Assembly (NCBI GenBank): GCA_020184695.1
Contig: JAANOX010000098.1
Coordinates: forward strand, 1 to 64,000
Length of the DNA: 64,000 nucleotides
Source of the DNA: Histomonas meleagridis 2922-C6/04-290x
Taxonomy: Eukaryota; Protista; Parabasalia
Direction: 5' to 3'
A program made the translations under genes and the position numbers. The number at the start of each line of letters is the position of its first letter. Position 1 is the stretch's first letter. This document shows positions 25,217 through 34,812 of this stretch, in pieces. The notes below the pieces were generated by a model that made no database searches, was not told the origin of the DNA, and saw only the letters and a list, made by a program, of their open reading frames with translations.

Positions 25217-26409
25217 GTTATTTTGATTCAATTGAAAAAAATTATTTCTAATATTTAAATTTTTTAAATTTTTTTGACTTTTACACCTTTAATTAAAGCA
25301 TGTAAAATAGGTAATGATAAAATTGTTAAATTACTTCTTGAACAAAAAGAAATTAATTATAATGCCAAAAATGTTTTAATGTTTAAATTATAGTATATTG
25401 TCTTAATTTGATATTTTACTAAAATATATGGAACTTATTTAAATGATTTAATACAGCACTCATAGTAGCATCATTTTTTGGAAACTATGAAATTGTTAAA
25501 ATTCTTCTTGAACAAAAAAACATCGATATTAATGCAAAAAATATTTTTTTGTTTAAAATAAAATTCATTAAATTAGTAAGTAATTCCAATATAGTATTTG
25601 GATTTTGTTTTGAATATTTTTTACAGCATTTATGTATGCTTGTGAAGAAAATAATATTGAAATAGTCAAATTATTTTTAGAACAAAAAGATCTTGATATT
25701 GATTGGAAAAATAATAGTGGATATACAGGATTGACAATTGCACTTCAAAAAAACCATGTAGAAATCGCCAAATTACTTCCTTCACAAGACAATATTGATA
25801 TCAATACAGTTGATATTTATATAACTTGTTTAGTGCTTTTTCTAATTATTTCAATTTTATTAATAATTTTTGGATTTCATTTCAAAAATTTATGACCCCT
25901 TTGATGTATGCTTGTCATATAAATAATGAAGAAATTGTTAAACTTCTTTTAGATCACAAGGAAATTGATATTAATTTAAGAAATGTTTTTTGAATTTATA
26001 TTATATTATATTTAATTTAATTATTCAACGATTTAAATTGATATATGGAATTTAATTATATTTTTTGAAACTGCTTTAATGATTGCATGTTCAATAGGAA
26101 ACGTTGAAATTGTTAAATTGCTTCTTGAACAAAAAGGAATTAATTATAATTTATATGGAGTTCTATTAATATTTATTATGTTAATTACTACAAAATTTTA
26201 TTTCAACATAATATTTGGAATTTCTTAATTTTTTCTGGTACAGCTTTTATGGAAGCATGCTTTAATGGTAATTTAGAGATTGCTAAATTAATATTTGAAC
26301 TAAAAGGAGTTGATATAAATGCAAAAAATATCTGTTTTTAAAGTACAATTTTCACATGATTTTTTTTATATTTCAAAATGATATTTGGAATTTCTTTCAT
26401 TTTTTTATT
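25217..26409 (+). repeat. Array of 7 ankyrin-linker inserts (66, 80, 80, 80, 85, 80, 80 nt spacers)
   Basis: Examples: 25373-25452, 25543-25622, 25815-25894, 26160-26239, 26330-26409. Confidence 0.85.
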
Positions 26410-26932
26410 AGTTCTTTAATAGGTGCTTCTGCAAATGGACATTTAAATGTTGTTCAATTTCTCCATGAACAAAAAGGAATTAATGTTAATGATGAAGACA
26501 TTCTAGGTAATACTGCAATAATTTTTGCTATCAAAAATAAAAACACAGAAATTGTAGAATTGTTAAAGAAGCAAAAAGGAATTATATATAATGCTAATGA
26601 AAAACATATAGAACACAAGAATCTCACTTATGAAAGGAATGGAAAATTGGTTGCGAATCCACAACCTTCAAATACATTATTTAAAAATATCAATTGGGAA
26701 CATGGGCAGCATTCCAACAGTATAAATTGGAATGGTTCAAATTATTACGACCAAGGACTTAAGGAACTACAAGATTTGTGAAATTTTGTGCATTAATTCC
26801 ACCAGCATTTAAGTAATAAAACTAAGTTTTACAAGTCAAATTTACATAAATTAACATATTCCATTTAAATGAACGTTTATCTTATTTTAATAAAAAAACA
26901 TATACAAATAGGTCGTTTAGTAATGTGACAAT

Positions 26933-27628
26933 TCACACTAAGAACACATAAATCAAAAGCGCCACGGCAATGCACGTGAGCACAACACAGCCAACTTTGA
27001 ACCAGCACTCAGGGTTATCTGCAATTTCAATAAGTTTCTTGACGGCCCTGTCGAGTTTATTCTGCGCTCGTTCCATTTGTTCATCCATGTCATTAAGGCG
27101 CTCTTGGTCGTCAAGAAGTGCATTATTTATCTCATTACCAATTTGTTTAATTTGTGTTACACCTTCATTAATGGTGTCAAGGTCCTGATCTTGACGTTCC
27201 AGTTGTTGGTTTTGATATCTGAGTTCTTCATCAATGAAGTTTTGGTTATCTTCGCGTTTGGCTTTAACATAATTACTTTCAGGGGCACTCTTAGGGGATG
27301 TAATATGCTGGAGATTGTTCTCTAATAAGTTTTTGATGTCATTTAAGCGTGATTGTGCATTCTTAAGTTCATTTTCTCGTTCATCGAGTTGCTCTAGTGT
27401 AAGATTATGTTTACTTGGATCAATACGTGAAGTATCAACGGTTCTTTGAAGTGTTTCTTTCATTTGAAGTGCATCACTATATTGATTTTGAATTTGTGCT
27501 TCAAGATATGCAATACTTGGTGAATTCGTTTGACGAAGAGCTTGAAGTTCTTTAACTCTGTTTTCTATATTAGTAATATTTGTTTTTAATTGGTTAAGAA
27601 AGTTGTTAAATGGGTCTGGAGGCAACAT
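26933..27628 (-). CDS. Qc-SNARE, syntaxin-6/Tlg1-like
   Basis: N-terminal DPF motif, SNARE helix (QDQDLDTINEGVTQIKQIGNEINNALLDDQERL) and C-terminal TM. Confidence 0.88.
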   Translation of the reverse strand: MLPPDPFNNFLNQLKTNITNIENRVKELQALRQTNSPSIAYLEAQIQNQYSDALQMKETLQRTVDTSRIDPSKHNLTLEQLDERENELKNAQSRLNDIKNLLENNLQHITSPKSAPESNYVKAKREDNQNFIDEELRYQNQQLERQDQDLDTINEGVTQIKQIGNEINNALLDDQERLNDMDEQMERAQNKLDRAVKKLIEIADNPECWFKVGCVVLTCIAVALLIYVFLV

Positions 27629-27999
27629 ATGGTTATACGAGCTTTATATACTGCGGTTATTTCGGTTTTTGGTGGATGCAAAGGTATTTTCCCTGTAATA
27701 CTCTAAATATGCATAAATTAAAGCATTATTTTAGGGTTCTTCTATGTTCTCTAATAGTTTGTTAACTATTTTGTGATTAAAAAAATTATTTTTTATTTAA
27801 TACATTTTTATTGTTAATTTTTTAAAACACAAAATATTCATAAAACAATAGCGCTATTAAAATAAAATCCTTATTATACTGTTATAATAAGGAAAAAATA
27901 TATTTTTAAGCTATTTTGTAGAAAAATATCTTTGCTGATTCAAACCGGAATAAAAGTGTCACTTCATTTTTAGGCCAAACGAAGTTAGTGAATAAATGG

Positions 28000-28004
28000 C
28001 CTTT
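28000..28004 (+). promoter_or_regulatory. M5-like CCTTT initiator
   Basis: GGCCTTTTGATG directly before the ATG, the same arrangement as at RPS6. Confidence 0.55.
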
Positions 28005-28006
28005 TG

Positions 28007-28432
28007 ATGAAGCTGTTTGTCAAGACACCTTCAAGGACTATCTCCTTGGAAGTCGAAGCGACAACCAAGGTTGAAGAAATCAAGTCCATTCTCTCAACAG
28101 ATGGTGTTCTCGTTTTCGGCGGTGAAGAACTTGTTGAAGGTTATTCACTTCAAGATTACGAAATCATCGAGGATTCAATTCTTTATGATATTCCAGAATG
28201 TGATGGAGGTAAGAAGAAGAAGAGGAAGAAGAAGAGCTTTACAACAAAGAAGAGGGTTCCACATACACGTAAGAAGGAAAAGATGAAGCTTCTTAAACTC
28301 TTCAAGATTGGCAAAGACGGCTCAGTTGAACCACAACGTAAGGAATGTGAAAACTGTAAAGGCTGCTTCATGGCAAAGCACAAAGATGGTCGTCTTTATT
28401 GTGGAAACTGCCACTTAACAATCACAAAGTAA
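28007..28432 (+). CDS. RPS27A: Divergent ubiquitin-like domain fused to ribosomal protein S27a (eS31)
   Basis: GG followed by KKKKRKKKSFTTKKRVPH; zinc finger CENCKGCFMAKHKDGRLYCGNC. Confidence 0.93.
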   Translation: MKLFVKTPSRTISLEVEATTKVEEIKSILSTDGVLVFGGEELVEGYSLQDYEIIEDSILYDIPECDGGKKKKRKKKSFTTKKRVPHTRKKEKMKLLKLFKIGKDGSVEPQRKECENCKGCFMAKHKDGRLYCGNCHLTITK

Positions 28433-29097
28433 ACATTTCTTAAATTAATTTTTAAGTATTTGGTTTTCTTATTTGAGTATTTCATTAACAAATTATCTTA
28501 AAGTTAAAATCATGCAAATGGAAACGAAATTTGATAACAGGATTATTCAAACAGATGATAGAATTTTTGCATTCATAAAGTCCTATCAACAAGAAATGTT
28601 GATATCATGATATCATTTCATTTAAAATTTCAATTTGAGTGTGCTCATAGAAAATATTGTATGACCAAAACATTTAATTTAATCAAAAAGTGGAATCATA
28701 AAATAACTGTTCATCTATGTTGAGGGGGTATTAAATTCTATCAGATTAAAAAAAAAATTAAGTATCTGGCTAAAAATATTTTGGCCTCCTGCTGCATTCT
28801 CTGATTTATTACTAAATAGGTATTCACAGTTCGAATTTGTTGTAATTTTTTTCAAAAATTTATTTTCAATTATTTCACTTTTTGAGAACTTACAAAAAAG
28901 AACATCGCTTTTAATTCAATTTTTTCTATGAGCACGTTCATCAATGGATGTCATGCAACCGTTTGCCTCCAAAAAATCTTATCGAACAAACATATTCAAA
29001 AATTGAAAGATCTTCATTGAATTCAGAAAAACTTGCCTATCGTTGCAGATTGAAAGGTTAAAATTCTTGTTGCAAAAAACATAATTAAGAACCAGCC

Positions 29098-32000
29098 ATG
29101 AGTATAATGTCAAGAAACACCGTACTGCTGGGTCTTAAAACAGACTTTGATGCAGGAGGTGACTTATCCGATTTTTTTTCTTCAATGTCAGATGATGATA
29201 ATTCAGAATTAATTTTAACAACAAAAGTAACGCCATCATCATTTACTGTACCCAGGGAACTTGAACAAGATCTCGGACGAGTCACCTCATTTAATGAAAT
29301 TTTATCAAACATATCTTCAATTTCAAATTTGTTAGAAACTTTTGAATCACCACCAAAATCAAACAACATTTGCTTAATACCCGAAAACATTGTACCTACC
29401 GAATTATCGAAAGCGTTAACTACATTTATAGAAGATCAAAATAATCAAACAGCATACAATACCATTATTAATTATCTTACAAATCCAGATCTCCCAGACA
29501 TTTTGTTAGCGCAGATTGACTTAATAAAATTTTACAAAGAAAATAACAATGAAAATCTTAAGAATTATATTTCGAAAGATCTTGATTCACGAATCCTTTC
29601 ATTAATTCATTATGCGTTAATTGATGACAATGACAAACAATGTGCCATCTATCAACTTGTTTGTAGCATTGAAGACTTTTTAAAAAATCCAAATCCATTA
29701 CCGATTTCCAATTTTTTCCCCAACTATACTTTACAAAATCTTGTTTATTCGTTATGTAAAGACATTGTTATAGAGTTTCCGCGACATCCCTTTTTACAAT
29801 CGGCGGTTACGAAATTTAGTAATTTCAATCCTAAAGTTGAAGAAGTATTAAACTTAATACCAGAAGATGATAGTGATGATGACGACGATGATTTTTCTGA
29901 TGATTTCTTTGCGGATCTTGGAACAGTACAACAACGTGCTCCAGTATTAGTATTAGAAATAGCTAATGAAGAAATTGGTGATGTCCTTGAAGATGTAACA
30001 GCAGCGCCACGATTTGAACCAGTTGCATTACCAGAGCCACCACAAACAGTCACATATTTATTTGAAGACGGATCGAATCAAATGTCGCCAATACAATTTG
30101 AGAAATGGATATTATCTATTCGATGTGAAATTCCAACATCTCCGAAGTTTATACATAGTGCGAACGCAAGTATTACATCAGAGATTATATATACGAAGAA
30201 TCCAATTATACAAAAACGTATTATCGAAAATGAAAATACAAATCGCCAAAAGAAAAGTAAGTTAAAATGGGAAAACATTGGAACATATTTTAATTTATAT
30301 CAATCATTGACTGAATCACGTTTATCAGTACAACAATTACCTCGAAATGTACCGAAAGAATATTATCCAATGTTATTACCGATATTACATGTGATGAATA
30401 GTGTAAAGAATAATGAAATTCCTTGCGACTTATTCCCTGATATGTTAAAGATCGAACGTGAAGCACATTATTCATTATCAATTAATGATGAGAATCATAC
30501 ACAAGAAATATTAGACATTATCATAAACAAAATCGAGAAATCGAAAATTATCGAAACTTCAATTGATGATATTGAAGTTGAATATTTACAAAAGAAACGG
30601 AATCATCCTGAATTAATTGTTGATTTAAATGAAACGTTTGAAGAATTAATGTATATTTGTGATTATGAATTTATTATTAATGGACGTTCACCATTAATAT
30701 ATTCAGTTTTATCGATACCGATTACAAAAAATAAGAATTCATTAATATGTAATGAAAAATGGCGTTCGAAAATATTATTTTCGGAATATCTTAAAAACAA
30801 TTATTCACCTTATATAACATTTCGTATTGCATTTGCATTAGCTATTAATTTATCAGAACGAAATCCTAAACTTTCATGTTCATTTATCTTCGAAGCACTT
30901 TATATATTATTATATGGATTCTCAGTATTTAAAAGAATAATATTTGTACATTCGGCGTTATTATTTTTTGGTGAAATGCTTGATAAAACTAATAAATATT
31001 ATTATTGTGCAGATGTAATGGATAATTATTTCTTAACAGATATTCGACAATTATCATTTTCATCACAAATAGCTCAAATATCATTTCGGAATAATGATAT
31101 TATTCGATCATTATTTTATTATACACAATCATTAAAATATTTTTATGCAAAGAATTCAATGGAAGAATCAATATATTTCGGACAAATAGTATCTTCGATA
31201 TATATTGAACAAGGTTATTATTCAGAAGCTGCTTCAGTATTAATGTATTTATTACATAAATCGTATGACGTACAAGTAAATAAACGAAGAAGATTAACAT
31301 TAGCTGCAACTGTTGGAGGTTCACTTAAAACTCCAAAAATTTTAAATCATTTCCAAAATGGGAATGGAAACTTTTCACCAGATCAAAACTCAGTTACAAC
31401 TATAGTTTCAAGTGTTACATTAGCTATTATATTTTGTAAATTAAATTTATTTGTACAATCAGAAAAATTATTATTAAACACTTATGAAAATACAGATAAA
31501 TTACAAATGAAAAGACTTATTTCTTATTTTCGTGCTTGGGAATGTTTAAAACGGAATAATTTCCAAGAAATGTTTAATTATATTCCTCAATATCAATTCC
31601 CTAAAACACGTGTAAGTTTAACTACAAATTTTTCGATATTAACAGCAAATAAATTCGATCCTTCAGTAGCTTCATTACGATTATTAGCAATTGCTTATTT
31701 AGAACGATATCAATATAAGAAATCAATGTTTTATTCCGAGGTATATATTCAACGATGTTATTTCTCTTCATTAAAAGAATTAGGGAAAGCATTTTTATTA
31801 AGAGGTATTTCATTATTTTTAACATTAAAAAATTGTTATGGAGAAATCGAAATTATAGAAAATGATAATAAATCTTTAGGTAATATAATCGAAAATAAAA
31901 AATATACTATAGGTGAAATAGTTAATATTACATATTCATCATTTGCTACTGCGAAAATTTGTTTCCAACGTGTTGAATCAATTAACAAACTTATTCGTAC

Positions 32001-33930
32001 GAATTTATTCATGTTAGATTTATTATTAGAATATCCAGAATTACATGCAGAACCTTATCAACCATTAATTGAAGTGCCAAATAAAAATATCTCAGAATGG
32101 CCAATTAATTTAGAAATACAAAAAGAAGATATAAATCGTTTGAACACTAATATCGAAAGTATGTCATCATTAATATTTAATCCTTTATATATTATATATT
32201 CACAATTACTTTCATCGATAGTTAATACACAAAAAAATAAAAATGAACAATCAAAAAAATTATTTGAATATTCATATAATAACTTCTTTAAGTTTTTTGT
32301 TTGTGGTTGTCATTTAATATCAAATGATTTCCCATTAAAAACATTAAATTTAATGTTTTATATCTTACAAAGAATGTCATTAATTCTTTTCACGTATGAA
32401 ATAGAATTTATTAATGAACATTTATTAATATTTGATATAATGAATGATATCCGAATTATAATCAAAAATAAATTACAAAATATTAAAATCGATTCAATCA
32501 ACTTAATAAAACCTTCAATTAATTTCTCTAAACATATATTAAATCTTCAAAGTTTACGTTTCCCTTCATTTATAAACATATTAGAAGATTATAATTTCAT
32601 TGATGAATATCTCGAAACTCGTTCATTAAAAATTCCGGAATATCTTTCATTAATAAATACAAATGTTCGACTTTATAAACAAGGGAAAATTACACAAGAA
32701 GAAATGAATAATCGAAATCGTTCCATATGTGGAAACATTGAGAAACTTACAGATAAAGAGCGTTATCAACGTAAGTCATATATACCTTCATGTACATCAT
32801 TTAAATATTTAATTCAAGCGCATCCGATATTAAATGGATTAATATTTATACAACGAATATTCCAAAACATTTATATTTATATACCATCGAAAGGTAAAAT
32901 ACGGAAAATCCCATTAATTAATACAAAGAATCCAATCAAAAAAGTTAATTATATATATTTAAAGAATTCGATTTCATTTAATACACAATCGAATTTATTT
33001 ACTCCGAATTTAATTCGTTATATTATTAAATTAATTAGTTTCGATTTAAAAGAGAAAATTAAACTGAAAACAAAATATATAAATGAAATTAATAATATTT
33101 CACAAACATTTTTCGAAGATGATTTCAAAGATTTCATTTATGATGTTTATCCTGATGATTTATCATTTAATAACTCACATATATTTAATAAAAATAATAA
33201 AGGCGCATTATATACATTAAACACTGGTTCTCATCCAGTGATTATTAATACTTCCGCAGACTTACAAATGATTCCTTTCGATTTCTTATTACCAAATTCA
33301 TTAACGATTTCATGTCCATATTTTTCATATTTAATTCTGAAAACTTTAATATGTAATACAAACGTTCCAAGAGTTGTATCATGTCAATGTATTGATAACC
33401 CAACGCAACGAATCATCGAAAATGTTTATAATTTGTTTTGCGATGTTTGTAACTCAAATATGAATCCGATATTAACAGTGGACAAATGTAAGAAGTCTTT
33501 GTGTTATCCGTTCCCATTGTCATTAAATAATGAACAAAGTGATCACGCAAAGAAATATACATTCTGCGATTTCGTAGATGTACTTCCAAATTCATTTCCG
33601 AAAATTCTGAATATGTCTTCTGCAATATTCGTGTTCACGTACGCAGACTTCTGTGAGATGCCATTCTTGATACATAAGCTGATATCGGAATATCCTTCTT
33701 CATATTTCTTATTCATACCCGCGGCAGTGATGAAAGAGGCATTTCAGGAGATGAAAGAAATCTTTGAGAGACATAACCAACGATTCGCTTTCGTCAAGGA
33801 TAAAGAAGAAGAAAAATATAAATTACAAATAGAATTAAAAGAAAATAACTTCCAGTTCGTGACAACTTTAAAGTTAACCCTACAGAAAAGCTTAAAAGTT
33901 CCCATTCCTTTGATTGCGCATCTTCTTTAA
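29098..33930 (+). CDS. Large hypothetical protein, probably alpha-helical/TPR-like
   Basis: Uninterrupted 1610-aa ORF; no family recognised. Confidence 0.85.
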   Translation: MSIMSRNTVLLGLKTDFDAGGDLSDFFSSMSDDDNSELILTTKVTPSSFTVPRELEQDLGRVTSFNEILSNISSISNLLETFESPPKSNNICLIPENIVPTELSKALTTFIEDQNNQTAYNTIINYLTNPDLPDILLAQIDLIKFYKENNNENLKNYISKDLDSRILSLIHYALIDDNDKQCAIYQLVCSIEDFLKNPNPLPISNFFPNYTLQNLVYSLCKDIVIEFPRHPFLQSAVTKFSNFNPKVEEVLNLIPEDDSDDDDDDFSDDFFADLGTVQQRAPVLVLEIANEEIGDVLEDVTAAPRFEPVALPEPPQTVTYLFEDGSNQMSPIQFEKWILSIRCEIPTSPKFIHSANASITSEIIYTKNPIIQKRIIENENTNRQKKSKLKWENIGTYFNLYQSLTESRLSVQQLPRNVPKEYYPMLLPILHVMNSVKNNEIPCDLFPDMLKIEREAHYSLSINDENHTQEILDIIINKIEKSKIIETSIDDIEVEYLQKKRNHPELIVDLNETFEELMYICDYEFIINGRSPLIYSVLSIPITKNKNSLICNEKWRSKILFSEYLKNNYSPYITFRIAFALAINLSERNPKLSCSFIFEALYILLYGFSVFKRIIFVHSALLFFGEMLDKTNKYYYCADVMDNYFLTDIRQLSFSSQIAQISFRNNDIIRSLFYYTQSLKYFYAKNSMEESIYFGQIVSSIYIEQGYYSEAASVLMYLLHKSYDVQVNKRRRLTLAATVGGSLKTPKILNHFQNGNGNFSPDQNSVTTIVSSVTLAIIFCKLNLFVQSEKLLLNTYENTDKLQMKRLISYFRAWECLKRNNFQEMFNYIPQYQFPKTRVSLTTNFSILTANKFDPSVASLRLLAIAYLERYQYKKSMFYSEVYIQRCYFSSLKELGKAFLLRGISLFLTLKNCYGEIEIIENDNKSLGNIIENKKYTIGEIVNITYSSFATAKICFQRVESINKLIRTNLFMLDLLLEYPELHAEPYQPLIEVPNKNISEWPINLEIQKEDINRLNTNIESMSSLIFNPLYIIYSQLLSSIVNTQKNKNEQSKKLFEYSYNNFFKFFVCGCHLISNDFPLKTLNLMFYILQRMSLILFTYEIEFINEHLLIFDIMNDIRIIIKNKLQNIKIDSINLIKPSINFSKHILNLQSLRFPSFINILEDYNFIDEYLETRSLKIPEYLSLINTNVRLYKQGKITQEEMNNRNRSICGNIEKLTDKERYQRKSYIPSCTSFKYLIQAHPILNGLIFIQRIFQNIYIYIPSKGKIRKIPLINTKNPIKKVNYIYLKNSISFNTQSNLFTPNLIRYIIKLISFDLKEKIKLKTKYINEINNISQTFFEDDFKDFIYDVYPDDLSFNNSHIFNKNNKGALYTLNTGSHPVIINTSADLQMIPFDFLLPNSLTISCPYFSYLILKTLICNTNVPRVVSCQCIDNPTQRIIENVYNLFCDVCNSNMNPILTVDKCKKSLCYPFPLSLNNEQSDHAKKYTFCDFVDVLPNSFPKILNMSSAIFVFTYADFCEMPFLIHKLISEYPSSYFLFIPAAVMKEAFQEMKEIFERHNQRFAFVKDKEEEKYKLQIELKENNFQFVTTLKLTLQKSLKVPIPLIAHLL

Positions 33931-34238
33931 GTTATAATTAATAAATTTATTTGGTTTGAACAATTTGATAAAATTTTATTTCAAAAGCGTAAATATTTAC
34001 CCATAACCGTCCGAATTCCGACGGTTTTTATTGACTGCTGTTCAATTTGAGGTTTTGATTGGTTTACAATTCCAATTTTTTTTCCAATAAGAAATTTCAG
34101 TGCTTGTTCCGGCGGTTTGTGGCTTTTTTGAAATGAGCGGTCAATGAATTTTTTGCGGTTTCATAGAAATCAGAAAATTACTTCAAATAACACAAAATTC
34201 GAATTTTCAGTAATGTGACGGTTAGATCATTTTTTAGA

Positions 34239-34526
34239 ATGGCACCAAAATATCGCTATAAGCACGGACGCTATGGTTACTTCGGATCTTCCTCTTCATC
34301 CTCATCAAGACGTAGGTTTGGACACACAACATACAACGCAGGTTACCCAGCTGCTTATCCAAATACAATGTACCGCCCTGCTTACCCAGCTCCACCTCCA
34401 CCTGCTTACCCACAACCAGGATATGCTCCTCCTCCACCAGCTTACCCACAACCAGGATATCCACAACCAGGTTATCCACAACCAGGTTATCCACAACCAG
34501 GCTATCCAGGTTACCGAGGATACTAA
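34239..34526 (+). CDS. Small Tyr/Pro/Gly-rich (XYPPX-like) repeat protein
   Basis: ATG at 34239; 15-nt tandem TATCCACAACCAGGT units encoding YPQPG. Confidence 0.75.
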   Translation: MAPKYRYKHGRYGYFGSSSSSSSRRRFGHTTYNAGYPAAYPNTMYRPAYPAPPPPAYPQPGYAPPPPAYPQPGYPQPGYPQPGYPQPGYPGYRGY

Positions 34527-34812
34527 ATAGTAAACATTAGTCAATTCTTCATTTTATAACAAATTTCATTAACAAATTTTCCAATGCTATTTAAGTTCAA
34601 CACTTAAAATAAGTTTAAATCTTAAAGTTTCAACTATTGACAATTTACATGAAGTTAGTGAGTTGATCAAATTCTAGTTGTAGCATCATCAACACTATGA
34701 ATAGACATTGTTCTTTGCTTATTAAATCAGTCAAAAGCTGAACGCATTAACTCATTTTATTTGATGATCTCACTTTTAAATACAAAAATCATCGGAATTT
34801 AAAAATGTTTAA

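Larger units (their letters stand above)
23318..26781 (+). pseudogene. DUF3447-type/ankyrin-repeat gene (locus 3), interrupted by a 599-nt insertion; 7 repeat inserts
   Basis: N-terminal ORF 23318-23719 is homologous to loci 4 and 5. It resumes at ~24406 (IIKSDDIEKLQ..LIDCAAFYGSINCFKYLL), followed by ankyrin blocks and a stop at 26781. Confidence 0.85.
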
